A stretch of DNA of 64,000 bases from an uncultured Clostridia bacterium (GTDB taxonomy: Bacteria; CAYTYR01; UBA6262). The position numbers and the translations under genes are program-made. The notes below the pieces were generated by a model, which made no database searches, was not told the DNA's origin, and saw only the letters and a list, made by a program, of their open reading frames with translations. Location: assembly GCA_964441745.1 (NCBI GenBank), contig CAYTYR010000010.1, positions 11,464-75,463 on the forward strand, written 5' to 3'. Positions 1 to 10,111 of the stretch are shown piece by piece (the stretch's first letter is position 1; each line of letters opens with the position of its first letter).

Positions 1-763
1 TGCCGCAAGCCCAGCCCATACGCCAGCCGGTCATGCAATATGTTTTCGATAATGAATGAAATTCGATTCCGACTTCCTTCGCCCCTTCCACTTCCAGGAA
101 ACTGGCCGGCTTTTCGCCGTCATAATACATCTCACTATAGGCTGCGTCATGGCAAACGATAATGTTATGATGCTGGGCAAATTTCACTGTTTTTTCAAAA
201 AACTTTTTATCACAGCAGGCAGCCGTAGGATTATTGGGGTAATTAATGAACATCAAGGCCGCTTTTTTAGCCACTGCTTCGGGAATAGCATGCAGATCAG
301 GCAGGAAATGGTTTTCTTTTTTCAAGGGCATGAAATAATTCTGTCCCCCGGCAAAAACAGTGCCATTAGCGTAAACCGGATATCCCGGCTCCGGCGCCAG
401 CACATCGTCACTGGGATCCACAAAAGCGTCATGGATATGGTAAATGCCTTCTTTGGAGCCGGCCAGAGCCACTACCTCCGTCGCTGGATCCAGGGTGACA
501 TTAAACCTTTGCTTGTACCAGTCAGCGACTGCCTGCCGGAATTCCAGTAAGCCAACGCCAAAAGGATACCGCTGGTTATCCAGTATCCGCATGGCCTTAT
601 TCGCCGCTTCCACTATATGGTCAGGGGTAGGTATATCCGGGTCACCGACCCCAAGGTCGATCACGTCAACTCCCTTGTCTTTGGCCTGTTTCTTTTTCTT
701 GTCAATTTCAATAAACAAATAAGGCGGTAATTTCTTTAATTTCTCGCTGAAATCGATCTGCAT
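1..763 (-). CDS. dapL: LL-diaminopimelate aminotransferase (truncated by window edge)
   Basis: Missing from the ORF track. Manual translation gives [21 protein letters not shown]...[12 protein letters not shown]...GSKEGI...PGYPVY...FINYPNNPT, a class I PLP aminotransferase of the DapL type. AAAGGAG RBS present; lies at the end of the dap/lys operon. Confidence 0.85.
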   Translation of the reverse strand, partial: MQIDFSEKLKKLPPYLFIEIDKKKKQAKDKGVDVIDLGVGDPDIPTPDHIVEAANKAMRILDNQRYPFGVGLLEFRQAVADWYKQRFNVTLDPATEVVALAGSKEGIYHIHDAFVDPSDDVLAPEPGYPVYANGTVFAGGQNYFMPLKKENHFLPDLHAIPEAVAKKAALMFINYPNNPTAACCDKKFFEKTVKFAQHHNIIVCHDAAYSEMYYDGEKPASFLEVEGAKEVGIEFHSLSKTYCMTGWRMGWACG

Positions 764-775
764 CCGTAGCTCCTT

Positions 776-1012
776 TTACTTTTTAAAAATATAAATGATT
801 TCCCCGATCACGATTAAGAGAACAACCGCAGCAATAATATTAGTGGTGAGGCTATGCGCTACCATTAACGACCAGAACAGCCAGAATAATAAGCCGATCG
901 ATACAATAACAATGACTACAGTCGCGGCCAGGTTGGCCGGATCCCAACCATCTTCTGTCTCCGGGGTGTTTACGGTTTGCTCTTCCATCTTCGGTTTCTC
1001 TTCTTCAACCAT
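776..1012 (-). CDS. Small two-TM membrane protein (78 aa)
   Basis: Acidic N-terminus followed by two hydrophobic helices. Start moved to MVEEEK after a GGGGAG RBS. Confidence 0.6.
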   Translation of the reverse strand: MVEEEKPKMEEQTVNTPETEDGWDPANLAATVVIVIVSIGLLFWLFWSLMVAHSLTTNIIAAVVLLIVIGEIIYIFKK

Positions 1013-1024
1013 CTTCTCCCCCAA

Positions 1025-1155
1025 ATAATTACAAATTCTAAATTCGAATATCGAAATACTAAACAAATTCAAAATTCTAAACTCAAAATTCTAAACGTTT
1101 TGTGTTTTAAAATTAGATATTGTTTAGAGTTTAGAAATTAGCGCTTAGGATTTGC
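1025..1155. repeat. Imperfect inverted repeat built from AAATTCT-like heptamers
   Basis: acaaattctaaattcgaatatcgaaatactaaacaaattcaaaattctaaa ... tgtttagagtttagaaattag; the two arms are roughly complementary. Confidence 0.7.
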
Positions 1156-1162
1156 TCCAAAA

Positions 1163-3205
1163 CTAGTAAGTCTTGTTTTTCTGCAGCCAATTTTGCCATC
1201 TATCTTTGTCTTCACCATAACTCTTGCCAGTGATCTTTTCGAGCGCCACCGCCGCCACTACCCGTACACTGGCAAACTTATCATTCAACGCTCCAATAAG
1301 AGGCGTAATGGCCTGGCCATCCTTTATTTCCCCCAAGGCCCAGGCGGCTTTTTCCCGTACTCCTGAATTGGGATCTTTTAATACCTCGATCAACGGGATA
1401 GTCGCCTGATTATGACCGATCTCGCCCAGTGATTTGGCTACCTGCTCACGCACTAACTCACTTTCATCCTGCAGGGTTTCAATTAAAGGCTGTACCGCCC
1501 TGGCGTCCCTGATCTTGCCCAGGGCAAAAGCGACATCAGTCCGGATTTCCTTCTTTTCATTCTTTAACGACAGGATCAAAGGTTCGACTGCCCGGCTGTC
1601 ACAGATGATGCCGAGAGTTACAGCCGCCGCGATGCGTACATTTTTGTCAATATCCTTTAACGCGCCGATTAACGGCTCCACTGCCCTGGGATCTTTTATT
1701 TTTCCCAAGGACAAAGCCGCATTCCAGCGCACCATCTCATCCTTGTCTTTCAGCAACTTGACTAATGACTCCAGCACCCGGGGATCTCGCAATTCACCAA
1801 GGGTCAAAGTAGCATAGCTGCGCACCATATCATTACTATCGCTTAAAGAAATGATCAGTGGATCAATCGCCGAGTCCCCTATTTTGACCAAGGCCTCAGA
1901 CGCTCTTTCGCGCACCATTTCATTTTCGTCTTTTAAAGACTGGATCAGAGGAGCAACCGCCCGGCTATCCCGTATTTCCCCTAAAGCCTTAGCCGCATTT
2001 ACCCTTACTTCTGCATCTTCATCTTTTAAAGCTTCGGTCAGGCCTTCCACTGCCAGGTTATCCCGCAATTCTCCTAAGATTATAGCTACATTTTTACGCA
2101 CATTGACATTACTGTCTTTCAGCGCTGAAATCAGCGGATTTACTGCCGGATTGCCAATAATTTTGGTAATCGCCGCAGTCACTGCGTTTTGGATAAACTT
2201 AAAATTCTTTTCATCTTTCATCGCCTCGATCAAAGGCACAACCGCGCGGCTATCCCGTATTTCACCCAAGGCCTTGGCAGCCTGCTCGCGCACCATCTCT
2301 CCTTTATCATATAAAGCCGCGATCAGAGGATCAACCGCCCGGCTATCCCTGATCTCTCCGAGCGCTTTGACCGCTTCTTCCCGGACAATCGCATTTTCAT
2401 CTTTTAAGGCCAGGATCAGCGGTTCTACCGCCCGGGCATCGCCAATTTCGCCCAGAGCTTTGGCTACATATTTGCGGATAAACCATTTATCATCACGCAA
2501 AGCAGTAATTAAAGGATTGACCGCTGGCTTACCGATCTTCACCAGGGATCTGGAAGCATAGCGGCGGGCAATATCATTTTTATCCTTCAAAGCAGTGATC
2601 AAAGCGGCCACTGCCGGCTCGCCAATTTTCTCCAAAGACAAGATCGATTCCCTGAGCACAAAACCATCATCATCTTTTAATCCAGCGACCAGGGCTTCCA
2701 CTGCCCGTCCGTCGCCGATATCACCGAGAGCTTTAGCGGCATGTTCCCTGACCGTGGAATTCTCATCCCGCAGAGCTCCGATCAAAGCTTCCACCGCCCG
2801 GCTATTCCTTAATTCCCCCAGAGCCAGAGCTGCCTGGTCACGGGCATACCACTTTTCCGCCTTCAGCGTGATGATCAGCGGATCAATAGCTGCCTCTCCG
2901 GCAGCTACCAGCGCCTGTCCCGTGACCTCAATAAACTCACGGGAGTCTGTATCGCTTAATAGATCGATCAGGTAGGGAATTGCCGGCACAGCTTTTTCTT
3001 CCATATTCTTGAGCGCAATAATTGCCTGCTGTCTTTCTTCAGGATTTGTAGAATACAGTCCTTCGATATAGCTTCTTAAGTCTCCGGTAATTGAGGCAGG
3101 AATATTTGCAGCTGTGTTGGATATCTGGGCAGACACTGGACTAGCGATGAACATAATGATTCCGATTAACACTCCGAATCGAACCTTGGAGTTAACCGTG
3201 GTCAT
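1163..3205 (-). CDS. Exported HEAT-repeat (PBS-lyase-like) protein, 680 aa
   Basis: N-terminal hydrophobic signal, then many ~31-aa repeats of the form VRxxAAxALGEIRDxRAVxPLIxALKD. Confidence 0.9.
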   Translation of the reverse strand: MTTVNSKVRFGVLIGIIMFIASPVSAQISNTAANIPASITGDLRSYIEGLYSTNPEERQQAIIALKNMEEKAVPAIPYLIDLLSDTDSREFIEVTGQALVAAGEAAIDPLIITLKAEKWYARDQAALALGELRNSRAVEALIGALRDENSTVREHAAKALGDIGDGRAVEALVAGLKDDDGFVLRESILSLEKIGEPAVAALITALKDKNDIARRYASRSLVKIGKPAVNPLITALRDDKWFIRKYVAKALGEIGDARAVEPLILALKDENAIVREEAVKALGEIRDSRAVDPLIAALYDKGEMVREQAAKALGEIRDSRAVVPLIEAMKDEKNFKFIQNAVTAAITKIIGNPAVNPLISALKDSNVNVRKNVAIILGELRDNLAVEGLTEALKDEDAEVRVNAAKALGEIRDSRAVAPLIQSLKDENEMVRERASEALVKIGDSAIDPLIISLSDSNDMVRSYATLTLGELRDPRVLESLVKLLKDKDEMVRWNAALSLGKIKDPRAVEPLIGALKDIDKNVRIAAAVTLGIICDSRAVEPLILSLKNEKKEIRTDVAFALGKIRDARAVQPLIETLQDESELVREQVAKSLGEIGHNQATIPLIEVLKDPNSGVREKAAWALGEIKDGQAITPLIGALNDKFASVRVVAAVALEKITGKSYGEDKDRWQNWLQKNKTY

Positions 3206-3966
3206 AAATTGTTCTCCCCTACTACGTTATTTTTTAAAGTGCCAACACCAGGTATGGTCACTTCCACTGTATCTCCGGCCTTCATCGCTCCCACGCCTGG
3301 AGGAGTCCCGGTGGTAATTACATCTCCCGGCAAAAGGGTCATCACCTGGGAAACAAAACTAACCAGTTGGGGAATGGGAAAAATCAGGTTTTTAGTGCTG
3401 CCAGACTGCTTGACCTGGCCATTCAAACGTAATTCCACGGCGATATCCGCCGGATTAAGGCCGCTGGCGATAAAGGGCCCCAGCGGACTGAAAGTGTCAA
3501 AACTCTTAGACCTGGTCCACTGCCCGTCTTTCTTCTGCAAATCCCGGGCCGTCACATCATTAAAACAGGTAAACCCAAGAATATATTCATTCGCCTGTTC
3601 CGGAGATATATGCCGGCAAACCTTTTTTATGACTACAGCTACTTCCGCCTCGTAATCCAGATGGGTGCACATTTTAGGAGATACTATCTTTTCATCTGGC
3701 CCGATCGCAGAGGTACTGGGCTTAATGAACAAAACCGGCTCTTCAGGAACTGGCATTTTCAGCTCTTTGGCATGGTCAGTATAATTCAATCCCACCGCCA
3801 CGATCTTCGAAGGTAAACAGGGTATCAAGAACTTGCATTGGGATAAAGGATGTTTATGACGACTGGGATAAGAGCTATAATCACCTTCCAATTCCAGGAC
3901 AACATCATCCTTTTCCAGGATCCCATATTTTACTTCATTATTGTGGAAGAACCGTAAATACTTCAT
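3202..3966 (-). CDS. Fumarylacetoacetate hydrolase family protein
   Basis: Motifs KIVAVGLNY, DYEAE, FNDVTARD, KSFDTF, GDVITTGTP. Confidence 0.92.
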   Translation of the reverse strand: MKYLRFFHNNEVKYGILEKDDVVLELEGDYSSYPSRHKHPLSQCKFLIPCLPSKIVAVGLNYTDHAKELKMPVPEEPVLFIKPSTSAIGPDEKIVSPKMCTHLDYEAEVAVVIKKVCRHISPEQANEYILGFTCFNDVTARDLQKKDGQWTRSKSFDTFSPLGPFIASGLNPADIAVELRLNGQVKQSGSTKNLIFPIPQLVSFVSQVMTLLPGDVITTGTPPGVGAMKAGDTVEVTIPGVGTLKNNVVGENNL

Positions 3967-3976
3967 TTAAACATCC

Positions 3977-4081
3977 AATTCTAAATTACAAATTACTCGC
4001 TTCGCTAATGCTAAATTAGGTTTTTGCCTCCATAATTTAGAACAAGTTCCGCAGGAACGATCTAATTCAGCATTTGTAATT
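3977..4081. repeat. Heptamer-type imperfect inverted repeat with embedded short palindromes
   Basis: aattctaaattacaaattac...gctaaatt ... aatttag...aattcagcatttgtaattt; a related copy lies at ~14076-14207. Confidence 0.6.
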
Positions 4082-4864
4082 TTACTTTAAGCCTAAAACA
4101 TCTTGCATATCATAAAAACCTGTTTTAGCGGTAGCCATAAACCTAATGGCCCGCACTACCCCGCGGGCTAAAATATCACGGCTGGAAGCGCGGTGAGTTA
4201 ACTCTATCCTTTCGCCGTGACCAGCAAAGATCACGGTATGATCACCGACTATATCTCCGCCGCGGATCGAATGGATACCGATTTCTTTGGGTTGGCGTTC
4301 TCCGACATTTCCTTTCCTGCCGTATACCAGGTCTTCCTTGGCATTACGGCCAAGAGCCTTGGCAATTTCCTCGGCCAGGGTCATGGCTGTTCCGCTGGGA
4401 GCATCTTTTTTCCGGTTATGATGGGCTTCCACAATTTCCACATCATAAGAATCTCCCAGGATCGGAGCAATATCGCGCACCAGGCGAAACAGCAAATTCA
4501 CGCCAATACTCATATTAGAAGCTAATAAGCACGGGAAATTCTGCGTAATAAACTTGATATTCTTGACCTCATCTTCAGTAAATCCGGTCGTACCGATAAT
4601 AAATGGTTTTTTCAGCCGGGCCAGGACTGCCAAAAAATCCAAAGTGGCCTTAGGTGAGGTAAAATCCACCACCACGTCAGCCTGCGTGGCAACTTCTTCC
4701 AGGTTATGAATGATCTTGATTTCAGGAGTTACCTGCGTACCAAGCATGGGATGATGCGATCCCTCGATTGCGCCTACCAGTTTTATATCTTTTTCCTCAT
4801 GGATCATGCTAATGATCCTCTGCCCCATCCGCCCGGCAGCCCCGCAAATCACAACATTAATCAT
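4082..4864 (-). CDS. dapB: 4-hydroxy-tetrahydrodipicolinate reductase
   Basis: Motifs GAAGRMG, DFT, IGTTG, EAHHNRKKDAPSGTA, HSIRGGDIVGDH. Start set at MINVVICG. Confidence 0.95.
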   Translation of the reverse strand: MINVVICGAAGRMGQRIISMIHEEKDIKLVGAIEGSHHPMLGTQVTPEIKIIHNLEEVATQADVVVDFTSPKATLDFLAVLARLKKPFIIGTTGFTEDEVKNIKFITQNFPCLLASNMSIGVNLLFRLVRDIAPILGDSYDVEIVEAHHNRKKDAPSGTAMTLAEEIAKALGRNAKEDLVYGRKGNVGERQPKEIGIHSIRGGDIVGDHTVIFAGHGERIELTHRASSRDILARGVVRAIRFMATAKTGFYDMQDVLGLK

Positions 4865-4910
4865 ACATCCTCCAAGCGTTAAGCTTCCTCTATACGCCAT
4901 ACGCTATACG

Positions 4911-5783
4911 CTATATTAAACCATAGTCCTTCATTATCTTCTTTAACTTCTGCACATTATTCTCAGCCATCGGGCCTAACGGCAGGAGCATTTCCGCAGA
5001 ACATAATCCCATCAGACCCATGGCTGTCTTCACCGGTATGGGATTAGTCTCAATAAACATGGCTTTCATCAAGTCGAACATCTTAAAATGCATTGACCGA
5101 GACTTATTCAAATCTCCTTTTTCAAAAGCGCTGATCATGGCGGCAATATCGGCTGGGATAATATTAGAGACCACCGAAATTACACCCTTACCACCCAGAG
5201 CCAGGATTGGGAAAGTCAGTGAATCCTCGCCGCTTAAAAGCGTGAAATCATTACTGGTATTCGCTACTATCTGGCTCACTTGTTCCAGGTTACCGCTCGC
5301 TTCCTTGATCCCCACAATATTTTTTACCTGGGATAGCCTGACCACGGTTTCCGGCAATAAATTGACGCTCGTCCGGCCTGGCACATTATACAGGATCTGG
5401 GGAATATCCACTGTTTCCGCTATTTTCTTAAAATGCAGGTACATTCCCTCTTGAGTCGGCTTATTATAATACGGGGTGATCAATAAAGCTCCATCTGCCC
5501 CGGCCTCTTTGGCATATTTGGTTAACATCACCGCTTCATCGGTGCTGTTAGAACCAGTGCCAGCCAGTATTTTCACTCTCTTATTGGCCTTTTGTACACA
5601 GAACCTGATCACCTGATCATGTTCTTCATAGGTCAAAGTAGCCGATTCCCCGGTTGTCCCGCAAGGAACCAAGACCTTGATCCCGTTCTTGATCTGGAAC
5701 TCAATTAATTTTCCCAAAGACTCATAATCAACCTTGCCATTAGCAAAAGGTGTTACTATTGCTGTTCCTGAACCGCTAAACAT
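4911..5783 (-). CDS. dapA: 4-hydroxy-tetrahydrodipicolinate synthase
   Basis: Motifs GTTGES, YYNKP, YNVPGRT, GIKEASG, ETNPIPVK. Confidence 0.96.
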   Translation of the reverse strand: MFSGSGTAIVTPFANGKVDYESLGKLIEFQIKNGIKVLVPCGTTGESATLTYEEHDQVIRFCVQKANKRVKILAGTGSNSTDEAVMLTKYAKEAGADGALLITPYYNKPTQEGMYLHFKKIAETVDIPQILYNVPGRTSVNLLPETVVRLSQVKNIVGIKEASGNLEQVSQIVANTSNDFTLLSGEDSLTFPILALGGKGVISVVSNIIPADIAAMISAFEKGDLNKSRSMHFKMFDLMKAMFIETNPIPVKTAMGLMGLCSAEMLLPLGPMAENNVQKLKKIMKDYGLI

Positions 5784-5797
5784 TTTCTTCCTCCAAA

Positions 5798-5838
5798 GTC
5801 CCCCTGTCAGTTTTGCTCTCTTGCAAAACTAGGGGGAT
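5798..5838. repeat. REP-like ~40 bp hairpin, copy 1 of 3
   Basis: gtcccccTGTCAGTTTTGC...GCAAAACTagggggat; related copies at 34857-34896 and 39985-40024. Confidence 0.8.
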
Positions 5839-5848
5839 CAATTTCTGT

Positions 5849-6691
5849 CTAAATTTCCTTTACTTCCCCTTCAAACACGAATTTCACCCGGCCTTCCATA
5901 TACACATCATAGAAACTCTTTTCCGCCACCTTCATACCCGCATTGAAGGGGGTATTGTGTTTAAAATATACCGTCAGGATGTCGCCTCCGCGGGTATGAA
6001 CCTTTACTGGTGAAGATAAGTTCTTCGCGATCGCACTGCACAAGGCCGCAGCTACCGAACCAGTACCGCAAGCCAGTGTTTCATTCTCTACGCCGCGCTC
6101 ATAGGTACGCATCGCTATCGAGTGCGGACCGGTCTTGCTGACAAAATTAACATTGGCCCCCGCTGGTTTAAAGAGCCGGTGATAACGGACTATCCTGCCC
6201 CACTCAAAGACTGGGACCTGATCAATATTTTGCACAAAGATGACCGCATGAGGCACACCGGTATTAATAAATAATACTTGGCGTTCCTGGCCAGCCAAAG
6301 AGACCTTCAGGTGATCACGAAAACTGTGCGGATCAATCATATGTAATTTAACCTCAGTGCTTTTCACTTGGGCGCTAATCAATCCAGCCATAGTTTCAAA
6401 AACCATGTTACTGCGGGCAATCTTTTTTAAATAAGCAAAACGGGCTATACAGCGGGCGCCGTTACCGCACATTTCCGCCTCACTGCCATCAGGATTAAAG
6501 ATCCGCATCCTGAAATCAGCCTTGGCCGACTTCTCCAGTAAGATCAATCCGTCAGCGCCTATACCGTTTTTGGGCTGACATAATTGTCTCGCTAGTTTCG
6601 CCGCAGCTGCCGGCACAGTCTTCCGCCGATTATCGATCACGACAAAATCATTACCAGCACCGCTCATCTTAGAAAATCTAATTTTTCTCAT
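5849..6691 (-). CDS. dapF: Diaminopimelate epimerase
   Basis: Motifs KMSGAGNDF, EMCGNGARC, NTGVPH, RTYERG, ETLACGTG. Confidence 0.96.
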   Translation of the reverse strand: MRKIRFSKMSGAGNDFVVIDNRRKTVPAAAAKLARQLCQPKNGIGADGLILLEKSAKADFRMRIFNPDGSEAEMCGNGARCIARFAYLKKIARSNMVFETMAGLISAQVKSTEVKLHMIDPHSFRDHLKVSLAGQERQVLFINTGVPHAVIFVQNIDQVPVFEWGRIVRYHRLFKPAGANVNFVSKTGPHSIAMRTYERGVENETLACGTGSVAAALCSAIAKNLSSPVKVHTRGGDILTVYFKHNTPFNAGMKVAEKSFYDVYMEGRVKFVFEGEVKEI

Positions 6692-6709
6692 ATATCCTCT
6701 TTTAAGAAC

Positions 6710-6847
6710 CCTGCCTGCCGGCAGGCAGGGATTACACCGATTTCAAGCAAAAACAATGACTTCGTTTTAACCTGTAATCTGTTTAAATAATCCCTGTCCG
6801 CCTCTGGCGGATGTGCCGCGCCCGCCGACGCTCTTTGGCGGGTAATC
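6710..6847. repeat. Composite of nested short palindromes (REP-like)
   Basis: cctgcctgccggcaggcagg; gattacaccgatt; ccctgtccgcctctggcggat (also ~38134); gcgcccgcc..cgctctttggcgggtaatc (also ~27000). Confidence 0.75.
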
Positions 6848-6851
6848 GTTT

Positions 6852-8108
6852 TTACTTAATATCCAGTAATCTCTCGTTGCTCACCATATCGCCGAACGTT
6901 TCCCTATCCCTGACCATATAATACTTGTTCTTACTGACCACAACCTCACAAGCCCGCGGACGGGCATTATAGTTGGAAGCCATGGAAAAACCGTAGGCAC
7001 CGGTATTAAAGATCGCCAGCAAATCACCTTGCGCTACTGATGGCAAGCTGCGCTTTTTAGCGAAATAGTCGCCACTCTCGCAAATCGGCCCAACTACATC
7101 CGCGATCATTTCGTTCTTACCGGATTCCTTGACCGGCTTGATCTCATGATAGGCATCGTATAATACCGGACGGGAAAGGTCATTCATTCCCGCATCCACG
7201 ATCACGAATTTCTTGGTCTGGGATTCCTTTAAATACAAGATCTTGGTTACTAATATACCTGCGGGCCCGGCAATATACCGGCCCGGCTCAAAAATATACT
7301 GATAATGGGTTTTCCTGATCAAGGGCATCAGCGCCTTAGCTAACTCTTGCGGTGTCGGCGGCGTTTCATCATAATAATTAATCCCCAACCCCCCGCCTAA
7401 ATCTATATACTTTAGCTCAATACCCAGATCCTTGAGTGTTTTCAGCAGCTTGAATACTTTTTCCACTGCTTCGACGAATGGCTCAACCGTCGTTATCTGT
7501 GAACCGATATGAACCTGTACCCCCACCACTTCCAGTGATTTATCCATGCTGGCGCGCTCATAGGCCTCAGCCGCATGATTAATACTGATGCCAAACTTAT
7601 TCTGGGCCAGGCCAGTGGAGATATGACGATGTGTTTTGGGATCAATATCCGGATTTACCCGGAACGAGATCCTGGCTCTCTTGTTCACCTTCTTCGCTAC
7701 CGCGCTGATCAATTCCAGTTCCGGCAGGGATTCCACGTTAAACATCAGGATATTATTCTTTAACGCATAATATATTTCATCTTCAGTTTTGCCGACCCCG
7801 GCAAATACTATTTTTGCCGGTTCGAAGCCGGCGGTAATAGCGCGGTATAATTCACCCGCGCTGACGATATCAGCTCCGGCGCCTATATTAGCTAAAGTCC
7901 GCAAGATCGATAAATTCGCATTTGTCTTCACCGCATAGCAAACCATATGCTTCACTGATGTAAAAGCCTCGTCAAAAGCCTGATAATTTTCTACCAGGGT
8001 CTGGCGGCTATAAAGATAACAAGGGGTCCCTACTTCCCTGATGATCTCACTGACTTTCAGGCCTTCACAGTAGAGCTCACCCTTTTTGTATTCAAACGCT
8101 CCCATCAA
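6852..8108 (-). CDS. lysA: Diaminopimelate decarboxylase
   Basis: Motifs YAVKTN, HIGSQI, DLGGG, EPGR, GPICESGD, GAYG. Confidence 0.96.
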   Translation of the reverse strand: MMGAFEYKKGELYCEGLKVSEIIREVGTPCYLYSRQTLVENYQAFDEAFTSVKHMVCYAVKTNANLSILRTLANIGAGADIVSAGELYRAITAGFEPAKIVFAGVGKTEDEIYYALKNNILMFNVESLPELELISAVAKKVNKRARISFRVNPDIDPKTHRHISTGLAQNKFGISINHAAEAYERASMDKSLEVVGVQVHIGSQITTVEPFVEAVEKVFKLLKTLKDLGIELKYIDLGGGLGINYYDETPPTPQELAKALMPLIRKTHYQYIFEPGRYIAGPAGILVTKILYLKESQTKKFVIVDAGMNDLSRPVLYDAYHEIKPVKESGKNEMIADVVGPICESGDYFAKKRSLPSVAQGDLLAIFNTGAYGFSMASNYNARPRACEVVVSKNKYYMVRDRETFGDMVSNERLLDIK

Positions 8109-8117
8109 CGATCTCCT

Positions 8118-9173
8118 CTATTTAGTAGTTAAAAATGTAATGTTTTTCTGGGCTACATCCCGCATCCAGGATTCACTCTTCAGCGCCAAGACCCTTTGAA
8201 AATCAGCAATGGCCTTCTGGTCTTGATGTAATTGCCTTGCACACCAGCCCCGGCCGATCAAGACCAAAGCGCTTTGGGGATTCATTTCCAGCGCCCGGGT
8301 AAATTGGTTCCTGGCATTTTCCCAGTCGGCGCCAGTGGTATAGATCAACCCGCCGATGGCGTAATTTAAATATTCATTCGGTTCCAGTTTTATCGCTTCC
8401 AGCAATGTAGCGATAGCTTTTTCTTCCTCCTGCAGGTAAAACAGGCAGAGAGCTATAGAACGAAATATCCTGCCTTGCGGTTGCAGGCTGGATATGTATT
8501 GTAGTTCACCCAGGGCCTGGCCATACTCCTTCTTGCGATAATATATATCTGCCAACGCCAGGTGTGCTTCTATGTTCGTTGGTTCCTTGCTAATCACCTG
8601 CTGCAGGGCTTGAAGCGCTTTCTGGTATAAACCCCAGTCCCGGTATAATAAGCCAATAGTTAAGCTATATTCGGATTTTAATTTCTTGGACTTGCTGATG
8701 TTTTCCAGTTCTTGTAAAGCTTCTGGATACATCTTCACATCTTTATATATTCTGGCTAAGCCTAAATAGGCGGGTTCATACTTTCGTTTCAGCTCAATAC
8801 AGTCTTTGAAGTGCCCGATAGCCTGGGCATAGTTCTGCTGGTGATAATTAATCGTGCCAAGCAGTTCATGGGTTGAAAGCTGTTCTGTTTTATTTAGCCT
8901 CTGCTCTAAGGCTTTAAGCAAGTGTTTTTCAGCTTCTGTTTCATTTCCCACTGCCAGATATAGCCGGCCTAAGGCCAAATGCATATTACCGGGATGATAT
9001 CCCTTATCTAATGCTTTTTGGTAATTTTCAATAGCTGCGCTAAAGTCTTTCTTTTGTTCTGCTATTTTCGCATTGGCTAATAAATCTTTCAACTCACGGT
9101 CCGCTGCTTGTGTGCGCTGAACAGGCAGTACCAACATCAAGAACATTAAAGACAACCAGATTTTTTTATTCAT
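8118..9173 (-). CDS. Exported tetratricopeptide-repeat protein
   Basis: Signal peptide followed by multiple TPR-like 34-aa repeats. Confidence 0.85.
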   Translation of the reverse strand: MNKKIWLSLMFLMLVLPVQRTQAADRELKDLLANAKIAEQKKDFSAAIENYQKALDKGYHPGNMHLALGRLYLAVGNETEAEKHLLKALEQRLNKTEQLSTHELLGTINYHQQNYAQAIGHFKDCIELKRKYEPAYLGLARIYKDVKMYPEALQELENISKSKKLKSEYSLTIGLLYRDWGLYQKALQALQQVISKEPTNIEAHLALADIYYRKKEYGQALGELQYISSLQPQGRIFRSIALCLFYLQEEEKAIATLLEAIKLEPNEYLNYAIGGLIYTTGADWENARNQFTRALEMNPQSALVLIGRGWCARQLHQDQKAIADFQRVLALKSESWMRDVAQKNITFLTTK

Positions 9174-10111
9174 TGCAGCTTATCCCAGACTTTATTCAGG
9201 ATCACTTTCTTGATCTGTCTGACCCTGGCTCTGGCTGCTACTATACCGGCATCAACGCATTCTGCGCCGCGATTTAGTTCCGATACGACAATATTTTTTA
9301 TATCCGGACTGATCACCAGATCAGCCAATTTGAGCTGCTCTTCGGATAAAAAATTCCCCCGGATATAGATAACCTGGCTCAATATTAAAAGAGCGTTATT
9401 AGTTTTGGCGATCCCCGTCTGTGCCGTCACGTCTATGACAATGATAATGTCCGCGCCCATGAGCCTGGCCACATCTGCCGGTATATTATCGACTACCCCG
9501 CCGTCCATGAGCAACCGGTGCCGGTATTCTACCGGCTGAAACAAGCCTGGCATGGTGGCGCTGGCCCGGACTGCTGGCGCTACCGGGCCCTCTTTCAGGA
9601 TGACCTTTTCCCCGTTGCGGATATCTACCGCCACACAGGCAAAGGGTATTTTTAGTTCATCAAACCGCTTATTGCCAATATAATTATTGACGAATTCTTC
9701 CATTTTCTTAGTAGAATATAAACCAACCGGTGAGAACTTAAAACTGATTAGTTTGTTCCAGTTCATGTTCTGCGCCATGTCCACAATGGTATCGACAGGC
9801 ACATCAGCGGCATATAATGAGCCGATTAAGGCCCCGACACTGGTCCCAACGATGATATCCACTGGCAACTGTTCTTCAGAAAATACCTGGATGACCCCGG
9901 CATGAGCCAAACCCCGGGCTCCGCCCCCACCCATAACCAGCGCTACTTTAGGTTTTTCTGCCGCCGGTAAAGATAAATATTTTTGCCAGAAAAAATCAAT
10001 CAGTAATTCTTCTTCGTCTATAGTCCCGGCTGATACCGGCAGGGCCAGAGACAAAAGGAGAAAACCAAGAAAAAAATAAATAATAAGTTTTTTACTTTTA
10101 AGCGGGACCAT
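9170..10111 (-). CDS. Patatin-like phospholipase with N-terminal signal
   Basis: Motifs GGGGARG, GTSVG (GxSxG nucleophile) and DGG. Confidence 0.92.
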   Translation of the reverse strand: MVPLKSKKLIIYFFLGFLLLSLALPVSAGTIDEEELLIDFFWQKYLSLPAAEKPKVALVMGGGGARGLAHAGVIQVFSEEQLPVDIIVGTSVGALIGSLYAADVPVDTIVDMAQNMNWNKLISFKFSPVGLYSTKKMEEFVNNYIGNKRFDELKIPFACVAVDIRNGEKVILKEGPVAPAVRASATMPGLFQPVEYRHRLLMDGGVVDNIPADVARLMGADIIIVIDVTAQTGIAKTNNALLILSQVIYIRGNFLSEEQLKLADLVISPDIKNIVVSELNRGAECVDAGIVAARARVRQIKKVILNKVWDKLQ

